Assembly: GCA_036172245.1 (NCBI GenBank) | Contig: JAYWIR010000001.1 | Location: forward strand, 1,860,001-1,924,000 | Direction of reading: 5' to 3' | DNA length: 64,000 bases | Source of the DNA: Raillietiella orientalis | Taxonomy: Eukaryota | Shown here: piece after piece, positions 1-9,899 of the stretch | Position numbering within the stretch: the stretch's first letter is position 1 | Layout of the letters: each line of letters starts with the position of its first letter | Notes under the pieces: generated by a model | Database searches by the model: none | What the model was told of the DNA's origin: nothing | The model's input: the letters and a program-made list of their open reading frames with translations, nothing else | Translations under genes and position numbers: made by a program

Positions 1-1342
1 CCCCCATTTCCCTCCTTCCCTCCCTCCTTGCTCCCCCAACTCGTCACCCCGAGCGATGTCCTCCCGGTCTGGCGATCTCGCGTTTCTCTCCGGTCCGTCG
101 CCATGCGACGGAGGTTGCAGCGCCCGCACCGTGCGGATAGCCTGCATGTTTGAAGGACGCACGCCTCCTGCCCGCGCGTTCACCGCGTCCGGGCCAGCGG
201 TGCCGAAGCGACTGCGGAGCGAGGCGAGCATGATGGAGGCAGGGACCACCGGGGGCAGACGGACTCCGGCAACGGGACACGAGCCGCCTCCTCGCGATTG
301 GGACCCTCTCTTCCCTGGCGGTCTCAGGGAAGCTCTGCCCGCTCCCTGCTGTTCGCTGACCCCTCCCCGTTCCGCGATCCGCGCGGCTCCGCTCGCGGAC
401 CCCGAGCGCGTCGCGAGTGGCGACGTCGGCCATCTTTGCGTGCGGGACCTTCCCATCCCTTTCCACCACCCGACCGGGGTCCCCGGTCGGTCTGCTCGCA
501 GGGAGAAATTCGCTTCCATGGCGACGGAGGAGCGTGGGCGCTCCCGACCACGAGGACCTTTGGATTCGCGCCCGCTACGCGAGAACCCTGGGCCGGGGCC
601 CGGGTGTTCGCGCCGCTCCGTGCTTCCTGGCACGCCACCCTGATCGGTGACATGCGTGGAGACCTTTCCGGAAACCTTCACGCGGTCCTCTTGCGCGAGA
701 CTGTGGCGATTGGCTGCAAGAAGGAGATTCCGCGCTGCGCCAGCGACGATGCATGCAGCCGCCCTGCCTCGGTGCACTCTGCGGTCTCGCAGGCAGGGAG
801 AGGAAGATCCGACCAACCAACCTCGGGCGATTCCCGCACCACCGAGCGCCCGTACTGAAGATGTGCGCCTCCTTCCCAGTGCCCCCCTCCCCGTCTTCCT
901 GACGGACGGCACTCACCGGGTTCCGTCCCCACCTCCCGAGCCGCCCTGCAGCGCCAACGGTCAAGGAGGCGACGGAAACCCTCGTGCGGGACGACGTCTC
1001 CGTAGCAACGCGTCGAAACCATGGACGCGGAACCCGCTCCTGAAGCCCGCCCGATGGCGGGGACGCGTGGCCGCCCGCAGAGCCCACCCCAAGCTGCTGA
1101 ACCACTCGAGCGGGCCCGACGACAACCCCAATGGACAGACCAGGAGAGTGGGAGAACCCTGCCGAAGAGGGAGCGGGTACTGGGGCTCGGAATCGTGCCT
1201 CGCAGCAAAGAAATAGGGGAACAAGAGCTGCCCTTGGTGGTTCCCGGATTCCTCCCCGTTCCAAGGGAGGCGTAGCGATAGGGCGGCGCTAGGGCGACCC
1301 GGACTGACCACTGAGGACTCCGAACAGTTCGCTTCCCGCGGC
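1..1342 (+). mobile_element. Decayed ORF1 (gag-like, zinc knuckle) region of an L1/Tx1-like non-LTR element; inverted near-identical copy of 26407-27748
   Basis: Reverse complement matches 26407-27748 almost base for base (one substitution seen near 1011). Degenerate knuckle-like peptide 'VASGDVGHLCVRD'. The partner copy continues into APE-like motifs. Confidence 0.6.
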
Positions 1343-2080
1343 AACTACCGTGGCATTTGGCTGTTGGGATGCATCAGAAGAAGGGAAATGTGCCCATGGG
1401 ACGCGCGGGATGCGAAGAAAACCGGAGCGATCGCGCAAGACCCAAAACAGCCTGGAATATTTCCAGGAATTCATCCTCCTCTTCCCCCCCTTGCCCCTCC
1501 TTCCTTCCCCCCAAAAGCCGGACTCCACGGCGCCTTGCTGTCCACGGTGGGCAGCCGTCACGGGATACGGAATGTGGACGTGGAAGCGGCTGGAAGGACG
1601 GGTCCTGTGGAACGATCTCCTCGTGTTTCGACCACGGAGGAATCGCGATTGGATAGAGGAATGTTCAAGATGGGTCCTTCCCGGCGCGTGGGGACAGGGA
1701 AACTGAGATCCATATGGTCACCTTCCAAAGCTGCTCCAAGAATTGACAACGTCGAAGGTGGCGACGGACCCGCAGACCGACATGGAGGGAATCTATGAAG
1801 GGTGACTGCAACGTCCCCGTCCCATGGTGAGACCACGATTGGCCTCTCTATCATGAGCTCCGCAAAGAAAAAGACAGAAGATATTGGCCAGATGCGCGTG
1901 GCGTCCAAGGACCCTTAATTTTGGAAAACATAAAGCTGATCTCCCTATTACAGGCCCAAAAGTGTGATGAAACGATGCTTGTTCTTACACGGAATAAATT
2001 CTTCTCCTCTTGTTCGGTTTTCCTTTGTGAAAGCTGATGTCGAAACAAATCCCCTGGTTGCTGGACTTTGGGGATGGGGT
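1343..2080 (+). mobile_element. Decayed non-LTR reverse transcriptase fragment (L1/Tx1-like)
   Basis: 'GRVLWNDLLVF' resembles YADDxxVF, preceded by a degenerate QG-PLSP-like stretch; frameshifted. Confidence 0.45.
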
Positions 2081-2082
2081 AA

Positions 2083-2118
2083 GGAAATCACGTGATTCCT
2101 TCGGGTCACGTGATTTCC
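2083..2118. other. Strong hairpin GGAAATCACGTGA-tt-CC-TTCG-GG-TCACGTGATTTCC
   Basis: 13 bp perfect stem plus 2 bp stem and a C(UUCG)G loop, read directly from the sequence. Confidence 0.85.
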
Positions 2119-2390
2119 CCCGCGGCTCTTGAATGCAGCATCAAGAAAGAAAATAAAGGGAAACCTCGAATTCTTAAATGTACGTGCCTAAAGCGCCATC
2201 TTCATCCGCAACACTCAAGCCGTCACAACGTTTGGTTCCCGCAACCATCAATCACGGTGGCCAATGAGCAAAAAGTCGTTTGCCGGATCCTTCTCGTCCA
2301 CATTCTCGTTAGTCCTGGTTTCTTTCTCAAGTGGAATAAACGGGAAAGAGGGCACACCTTCTCCTTCTCTCAGTCTAGTTTCTGCTTTTC

Positions 2391-2567
2391 TCAAATCCAG
2401 ATCTACCTTAATAGGAAGCTTTTAGCGCTCCCCGAGTCGCTTACAGAATCGCATCCAGAGAGTTCTTCCTACTTGCAACTGCAAAGCGGTATGAAAAAAT
2501 TCCGTCCCGGCTTCCGAAATACCAGCGACCTTTTCATCATGGAAAACAGGAGCGATTTCCCGGTGGA
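2391..2567. repeat. 177 bp direct repeat, copy 1 (possible hAT C-terminal fragment on the minus strand)
   Basis: Highly similar to 3456-3632 with only a few substitutions. Confidence 0.85.
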
Positions 2568-2699
2568 TGGAGCGAACTGTGTCGTCCACTCACTCGACGC
2601 CGTCGTCGAAAAGGCCTTTCATTTATTCCCAGGGACGTGATGCATCAGTGCCCTTTTTTTTTTTAGATACCGAGGACAATTCGCCCCTCTTCAGCAAAT

Positions 2700-3960
2700 C
2701 CTGAGTCGCGTGTGGTTGCTTATTATGTGTGGCATATTGTGGATCGTGCCACGGCATAACAGGAATCCTGCGACGGAATCACCATCCTGGATGTTTGCTT
2801 CCCCCATATTGCTGATGGGGCAGTCGGCTCAGCGACTAGCACGGCATACCACTGGTATCGCTTGCCCTACCACTCTCTCAAACCAAAAGGATTTCCATCA
2901 TCCTAGGCCAATGCTAGGACATGCTGCATGGCAGCAAAGAAACTATTGGGGACGTTGACAACTCAGGAAGTGACGGAGGCTGCGACACCGAGTGTATCCC
3001 ATCCCAAGGATTTCCACGCTAGGGAGAGCTGCTTGCAATATTTCCGGAGGAGGGGAAGTGGCTCCCAGCGTGTCAGGGCAGTGGCACCCTCTCCTCTCAA
3101 GTGGCAAGAGGTGGTGTTGCACTGAGGAATCCCATGCGAAGCACGCCTGCACCAATGGACACGGGTGAGTGTGGATGCCCGCTGTGAAAGGAGCGGAGAA
3201 CGGGAGACCTCCCTGCCTCTTCTGGTGGGCTGTGCCACCCTCCGGCCCCTTCGGGATCGCTTCTCGACGATCCTAGGAGCTCCGGAGGGCGAACTCAAGG
3301 ACTTCTCTCGACGCCTCTTCGTGCATGCTGCTCAGCCGCCAGCAGCGTCCTTAGCAGGTCTCTGCTACGTCCGCGGAATCGTGGCAGCCTGGAACGCGGA
3401 AAGAAGAGACCAGAACAGCAAAGACTCCATCTCTCGGTTTAGTTGCTGCTGTTTTTCAAATCCAGATCCCCCTTAATAGGAAGCTTTTAGCGCTCCCCGA
3501 GTCGCTTACAGAATCGCATCCAGAGAGTTCTTCCTACTTGCAACTGCAAAGCGGCATGAAAAAATTCCGTCCCGGCTTCCGAAACACCGGCGACCTTTTC
3601 ATAATGGAAAACAGGAGCGGTTTCCCGGTGGAAGGGGCGGTAATATTCTTGAAGTTCGCCTACAGATGGCCCCACCTGGGAAATAAATCTACATTACTTG
3701 TCAGTATCCCGGAAAGGATGCAGAGGACGTCTCCCAACGTATTGTAATCCCTCCCCCCCAAGAAACATTTCCCACCCACCCCTTTTTTGTATTTTTTTTG
3801 CTTTTTATTTTTTTTTCGGTTTTTTTTTCCCCTTTGCCGCGGAAACGGACCTCGTCACGTTCTGTGTACCGGTGGAGACGAGTTTTTCGCGCGTGGTAGA
3901 ACCAAGTGTTCTACCAAATTACTGTAGGCTGCGACTTTGATTGTAATTTTGATAATCAAC
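2700..3960 (+). mobile_element. L1/Tx1-like ORF2 C-terminus (zf-RVT/CCHC region) and 3' UTR, decayed, interrupted at 3456-3632
   Basis: 'PLKWQEVVLH' and 'CERSGERETSLPLLVGCATLRPL' are CCHC-like; 'VRGIVAAWN'; AGGATGCAGAGGAC at 3715-3728; 3' hairpin at 3894-3916; homologous to other copies in the window. Confidence 0.7.
3456..3632. repeat. 177 bp direct repeat, copy 2, inserted in an L1/Tx1-like 3' region
   Basis: Matches 2391-2567; L1-like homology resumes on both sides. Confidence 0.85.
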
Positions 3961-3989
3961 GCCATGCCAAATCTTGGTAATGAACCACT

Positions 3990-5953
3990 CTCTCTGGAGC
4001 CATTGAGCCCTAGTGACGCAAGCATCGCTTTCGCGTGTCTCCATCACACAGATGCGCGCCTGCTACAGGGCATGAGATGAAGGGAATATGGTCGGATGAG
4101 ATGAAGGGAGTATTTGGATGAGCAGCCGCAAGGAAGGGTGATCCGCCTGGAGATGAAGAATCTGTCAGGTGGCTGCTGGATTCATGCACTGGAACGAAAG
4201 CTCAAGAATCCGTGGAGTGCGTCATCCAGGCAAACACAGCTGGTTCTCTGTGACTTCATCATATCTGCTTTCCGCGTATCCATGGGAACAGGAAGGTTCC
4301 GGTCGCATCTAAGTTGGTAGTGATGCGTGAAAATTCTCCAAGGCTTGGTGCAACATGTGTGCTGTATCATGTTTTTCGGAAGATCATATCTTTCCTATAG
4401 GTCCATAGGCTTCGGGAGTGGCGGCACCAGTGGAAGCCGGAAACAGAATGCTCCCAGTGAGTGGCTGGGATTGGAATTTGACACTCTTGGATCATTCCAG
4501 GAACCAAGGATTTCTTCGTGGTTCCCCTAGCGACCTCTAGTAAACAGAACGGACTTCCTCCAGAGTCTTCTTGGATACATAACATGGTCCCTCTGGGTCA
4601 CCTTTAAAATTAGAAGACTCACACGCGCCGTCGGTTGGCGTGAACGGTGCTATAAGGGCTTCTTGAGTCCCGTAAGGAGGCGAAAGATTCTTCAGACTTG
4701 GAAAACCAGAAAAGAAGAAGCTGGAAGGAATGCCATCACCCTAGGCCAACAGGAACAATCTCCCCGTGAGGTCAGTCCGTCTCCAAAAAGTAGAGATGGC
4801 GCTCGGCCCGTTCCAGAACAGCAAGCTTAGTTTGCTAGAAGGGGCCGAGGTGCGGAACTCGTTTGAGTCTCCCCTCCTCCGTCTCCTGCTTTTTGTTTGC
4901 CCCGCCCCTCCTGCCATCGAGGGAAGGACCGAGGATCTCCTGAGAAACTCTCTGTGGGACATAGGGAGGTCCATAGCCCGACTCAAAGACTTGTGTGCTC
5001 CGCGTAAGGATAGAGGACTTGGGTCTCCTTACGCTGGAGAGGATGGACGTCAGATCCAATTTAGAAGGCTGGTCCTCGTGACGAAAATATGGACAACGCC
5101 CTGGTGCACACCAGCACGGCTCCTCGCGACGAGAGCAACCTGCTGCGTGGGAATCCCATCTCTCCTAATCGCCCGAGAGAGATTGCTGACGCGTTGCGGG
5201 TACTAACTGTGCCAGATGGTTGCCTTGGTGGAAAAGAGCACCTCGATCCCCTGCCTCCCCACGAACCGCACCGTCTGGCTCCAGGAGGAAGTCTTTGTCT
5301 GAAGAAAGATCCACCACGCGAGCGAGGGGGATACGCCTGCCTGCAGCGAGGCGAGTGGTTAGAGGAGGTCGTCCACCCCGCTTGCTCCAGTGCTGCCCTC
5401 CCTAAGGGGCACAAGGGACAGCGTGATCCCGGCAAGGTGGGAAGCGACGTGCTGCATAGCAGCAAAGACGAAACTTCTGGGCAGGTGGACAACTCTGGAA
5501 GTGACGGACGCTGCGACCCGAATGTCCCGCCGAAAGGACTTGCACGCTGGGGAGAGCTGCTCGGCATCCCTCCGGAGGTCAAGTGGCTCCCGTCGTGCTG
5601 GAACAGCGGCGTCCTCCCCTCGAGTGGCGGAAGTTGGCGTTGCCGGTGGCGCATGGGGGAATCCCGTGCAAAGCAGTAGACACGGGGGAGCGTAGACGAT
5701 CGGTGCGACAGGTGAGGGAAGAAGGAGACCCTCCCGCGCCTGCTGTTGGGCTGTGCTGCGCTCCGACCCCTTCGGCATCGCCTGGTGGCGATGTGGTAGG
5801 CGGTCCCAGGGACATTTTCAGACTTCTCTTCGCGCGCGTTGCCTCACTCCCTCGCAGTTCCCTGCTGTCTCCGCGGGATCACAGCGATCTGGAACGACAG
5901 AAGAAGAGGTCGAAGTGGCAGGGACGTCATCCACTGGTCGTGGATCTTCCTGA
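3990..5953 (+). mobile_element. Decayed L1/Tx1-like ORF2 (RT, thumb, CCHC zinc finger)
   Basis: ORF 4766-5206 'KLSLLEGAEVRNSF...LLRNSLWDIG...DLCAPRKDRGLGSP' fits the L1-clade LS-GR...FLW...P-GGLG signature; 'QLVLCDFIISAFRVS' resembles LD-KAFD-V; 'RCDR*GKKETLPRLLLGCAALRPL' is a CCHC knuckle containing a stop codon. Confidence 0.75.
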
Positions 5954-5959
5954 CGATCT

Positions 5960-7000
5960 CCTCGAGATCGCCCCATCTGGGCGCTACACGGGCAAACCGA
6001 AGTTCATTCCTCTTTCCGTGCCGATCTTTCCAATGTGTTGTTAATCTCTTAGGATGAAACTGGTCGTGCGAGGATGGTCAGCCATTTTCTCAGTTCATCT
6101 TCGTCTGATCATTCGACGGAATGGGAAAATCCGGTTGTTCTCGGTCTACTGCTGGACTGACAGTCTTCGGCTGCACGCTGGAGCGCTTTGCCATATTTGA
6201 TCTTTGGGATCTGGATTCCTCTCGTGATCGTGGTTTACTTTCCTCAGAATAAAACTCGCCCGTTACCAAAGCAATTATATGGAGATAAACTCCGAACAAG
6301 CACGAGCGATAACATCGGCTTAGCAAATACTCGATCCTGCCGCTTTGGGGAACCAGGAAACGGGACCAAAGGGAAAGTCTTCGCTCCGCGAACTTCATCG
6401 AGCGCGGGAGAGTTTCCATTAGGAGATTTCCATTACTGCTCGTCTGAGGACTGAAAAGTTGATGCTCACTTGGCAGCCCTTGCTGCAACACAGCTCTCAT
6501 CAATTGCAAGGAACTGCTATTTTCGCTTTAGGATGGGAAGATGAATGGTGCTTTCTTCATTTTTTCCTATGTATGCTACGACATGACACAAACAAACGAA
6601 CGAACAAAAAAATAAATAAAAAGGACAACGCGTGTTTCCCCTTTACGTCCAACACGAATTGCAGAGGCGGCGAAAAGAGAAGAAAAAAAATCACCCAGCC
6701 GTAGTCCGAGTTGTGCTGTTCTTCTTGCCAGCGTTGCTTCTGTGCCGCACGGAAGTTTCAGAGTCCGTTGGAATTTTCGCATTCCGTTTTTAAACTCCAG
6801 GCGACGTTCGTGCAGCTTCCGGCCGAACCTGATGGAATGGTGCAACTGGATGTTGATCTCGGCTTAAACGTGAAATCAATAATCCGCACTCCAGGAACGC
6901 AACAGATGCCAGGATCAAGCAGATCGCATAGGTTTGTTCTTTTCCAGAAGTGCGCCAGCACAAGAAGAAGGAGAAATGATGCTGCATCCAGGGAACAGCC
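5960..7000 (-). mobile_element. hAT (Tip100/ZMYM1-like, DUF4371-type) transposase remnant
   Basis: ORF 6090-6509(-) 'AVLQQGLPSEH...SSNGNLLMETL' resembles L-QGL-RGH...N-GNFLEL; 'SSVQPKTVSPAVDREQ' resembles FSI-DET-D-S-EQ. Confidence 0.55.
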
Positions 7001-7077
7001 CGCTCGTGCACTCTTTTCCAGGGCATGGCGGAGAGAGGGACGGCGAGCGCCTCGTGATGGCATCACTGGTCGATGAA

Positions 7078-7710
7078 CCCTGGTGTCTCCGAAGGGAACC
7101 AGTTCCTCATTCACTCCGAAGGGACCTCCCGGAAGGGACCCACTCCTGGAATTTCTTCTCCGGAGGGAACCACTCCTCGCTTCCTCCTCTGAGGAGAACC
7201 CCGGAGGGACGTTTCCAAATTTTCCCTGATGGGCGCTTCCAGAAGGAAGCATCCCTCTTCTTACAGTCTGGAGCGCGATGGAGGGGAACCACGGAGGAAT
7301 TGGAAGGACCCAGGAGGGTCACTTCTAGTTTCCCTGCCGGTCGATGGGGGCATCCGGCTTCCACCACTGCCGCACCCGAAGACAACCAGCGTCATCCTGC
7401 GGGGGGAAACTCGAAACCCATGATACATCCCCCCATTCTCGGATCTAATGCTTCCCCAGGGGGTCTCTCCGGAGAGAATTGGGAAGAGGTTCCCTCCGGA
7501 GACGACCAGGGCGAGCGTTGCCTTCGGAATTCCCCTACCAAGCGTAACAAAAAAGGACTCCTTCCTCTGGAGCTGTCCTGAATTGACGGATCTCTGCGGT
7601 TACCCCTTATGCACCCTCGGGTGGCGTGGATGGTACTGGAGAGCTTCGTGACCACCTCCCCCCAAAGAGGTGGACGGTTCTTCAGCACTTGACTGACCAA
7701 AAAAACAAAA
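7078..7710. mobile_element. tRNA-derived SINE with 5' part inverted (7078-7440, minus) and 3' part direct (7455-7710, plus)
   Basis: Colinear similarity to the full copy at 48190-48915 in two opposite orientations; ends in GGTTCTTCAGCACT plus an A-rich tail. Confidence 0.75.
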
Positions 7711-7806
7711 GCTGGAAGCAAAGCAGCGAAGGCAGTAGGATCCAAAGGAATTTCCACCCCTGGACACTCGCATGTCATCCGCAAACCATGGAAGATGTGG
7801 TGGGTC

Positions 7807-8680
7807 TCGTCCACCCCGCTTGCTCCAGTGCTGCCCTCCCTAAGGGGCACAAGGGACAGCGTAATCCCGGCAAGGTGGGAAGCGACGTGCTGCATAGCAG
7901 CAAAGACGAAACTTCTGGGGCAGGTGGACAACTCTGGAAGTGACGGACGCTGCGACCCGAATGTCCCGCCGAAAGGACTTGCACGCTGGGGAGAGCTGCT
8001 CGGCATCCCTCCGGAGGTCAAGTGGCTCCCGTCGTGCTGGAACAGCGGCGTCCTCCCCTCGAGTGGCGGAAGTTGGCGTTGCCGGTGGCGCATGGGGGAA
8101 TCCCGTGCAAAGCAGTAGACACGGGGGAGCGTAGACGATCGGTGCGACAGGTGAGGGAAGAAGGAGACCCTCCCGCGCCTGCTGTTGGGCTGTGCTGCGC
8201 TCCGACCCCTTCGGCATCGCCTGGTGGCGATGTGGTAGGCGGTCCCAGGGACATTTTCAGACTTCTCTTCGCGCGCGTTGCCTCACTCCCTCGCAGTTCC
8301 CTGCTGTCTCCGCGGGATCACAGCGATCTGGAACGACAGAAGAAGAGGTCGAAGTGGCAGGGACGTCATCCACTGGTCGTGGATCTTCCTGAGGACCGCC
8401 TCGAGGTGAGTGCTATCCGGACTTGCCAGCATCAGGTGAACAGGATGCAGAGGACACCTGGCAGCGTACCGTGATCCCTTGCTCGTGTATAATTTCCCCT
8501 CCCCTGTTTTGTTTATTTTTTTTTGCTTTCCCATTTCTCCTCACCTTGTCAGCGCTGACCTCGTCGGTCTGCTCACCGGCCTTCGGCAGGTTCATTGCGC
8601 GTGGTAGAACCAACGGTTCCAGCACAAAAATGCATTTTTATTGCTTTATGTAATAAATGCCCCGGCATAACCGGGTGAGA
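7807..8680 (+). mobile_element. L1/Tx1-like 3' end with complete 3' terminus; 7807-8392 duplicates 5369-5953
   Basis: Near-perfect 585 bp repeat, then AGGATGCAGAGGAC (8442-8455), T-rich tract, stems, AATAAA and terminal CCCGG-cataa-CCGGG (8661-8675). Confidence 0.8.
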
Positions 8681-8699
8681 ATTCCTGCACACTCACTCC

Positions 8700-9060
8700 A
8701 TTCCTCAGGGACGTGTATATATGTATGTACATATATATAGGTTTTATAAAGTAAAATTTTCTGTGTGGTACAAAAGCTTTAGCTTGACTATTTCATTTAT
8801 ATATCCTTGCTACATTATGGATTCAATTCATTTATTATCAATCTAAGCATTTGGGGCATTTTATTATTTAGTGCAAATTTGAAGATGCTGTTATACACAT
8901 TATATTAAATGTCAGGTGTAAAACAAAATGCTCTATTAATTAATAATTATTATTGCATAAAAATATGCATTGTAAAATCAAATTTGACAATTATTTTAGT
9001 TTAAATTAAAATATATTCTTTAATTAAAAAACATAAATATCTTTAAAATCACCACTAATG
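8700..9060. other. AT-rich island in otherwise GC-rich DNA
   Basis: Abrupt compositional switch, TA-like microsatellite at 8715-8740, no ORFs in the track. Confidence 0.8.
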
Positions 9061-9899
9061 CGATCTCTCAATTCAACTCCGCAAATGTGGATTCTAGATC
9101 CACTGGTCTGTAAAGAAATTCAAGGGGAGGGAGGGGTGAAGATCCGCCGGCCCCAGACCGGTCACACAGCAGGGCAGGGAGTGTGCGTAGGGGTGGAGAT
9201 AATAAATAAATGAATGAAAGGGGAGGAAGGAACAGGGGTCACTGGTTGGTCACACCCGCTGCGTGGTGCTACCTGCATGCAGCGCAGGCGGCGTTTTTTC
9301 GTTCACTCTGGCATCCTTCGTACGAACGACCCGGCGTTGCCCGGAGAAGTCCCGATCCCTCCTCCCTTTGCCCGTTTCCTCCATACTCGGCGTCGCCAAG
9401 TAGGGAGGCTGCCTGCCGGTCGTCCTCCCAGGCTAGCCACGGTCGGGACACTCCCACCGGTTCGGAAGATGCTCCGCTGCCTCTAACCCGCAGCCGTCCG
9501 CGTCGCGAGCGACATCTCGCGAGGGTGCGAGTGGCTAGTCGAACTCGTCTCCGGGTTCGCTGCTGGGAGCCTCCGGGAGCGAAGGAAGGAGCGGAAAGGA
9601 CTCCGCTCTCCCTGCAGGTTCCGGATAGGACTTCCCGAATCGTCCAGACGGACCACGGGAGCAGGGGGGAATCCTTCTCCATTCGAGAGGGAACCCTCTC
9701 AAGTTCCGGAGACCGCTGCCACGAGCACTGCTGTCGCCTCCACTTTCACGGTTTCTTAGACCCACACGCGCTTTTTTTCCCTCTTATTCTCCCTGGGACT
9801 TTCTTCCGTCTTCATCCATCAGGAAGCATACTGTTTCCTGCTCCTGAAGGCGTCAACAGCCGTAAGTGACTCCCCAGAGTTCGTTCCAAGTTTGGAGCC

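Noticed and set aside
2700..3100. Penelope-like RT thumb
   Set aside because: Homologous copies show L1-clade zf-RVT/CCHC and GGLG motifs; no GIY-YIG motif was seen.
8612..8625. SINE tail (AACGGTTCTTCAGCAC) derived from the L1 3' UTR (AACGGTTCCAGCAC)
   Set aside because: The similarity is short and present in only one L1 copy, so it is likely chance.
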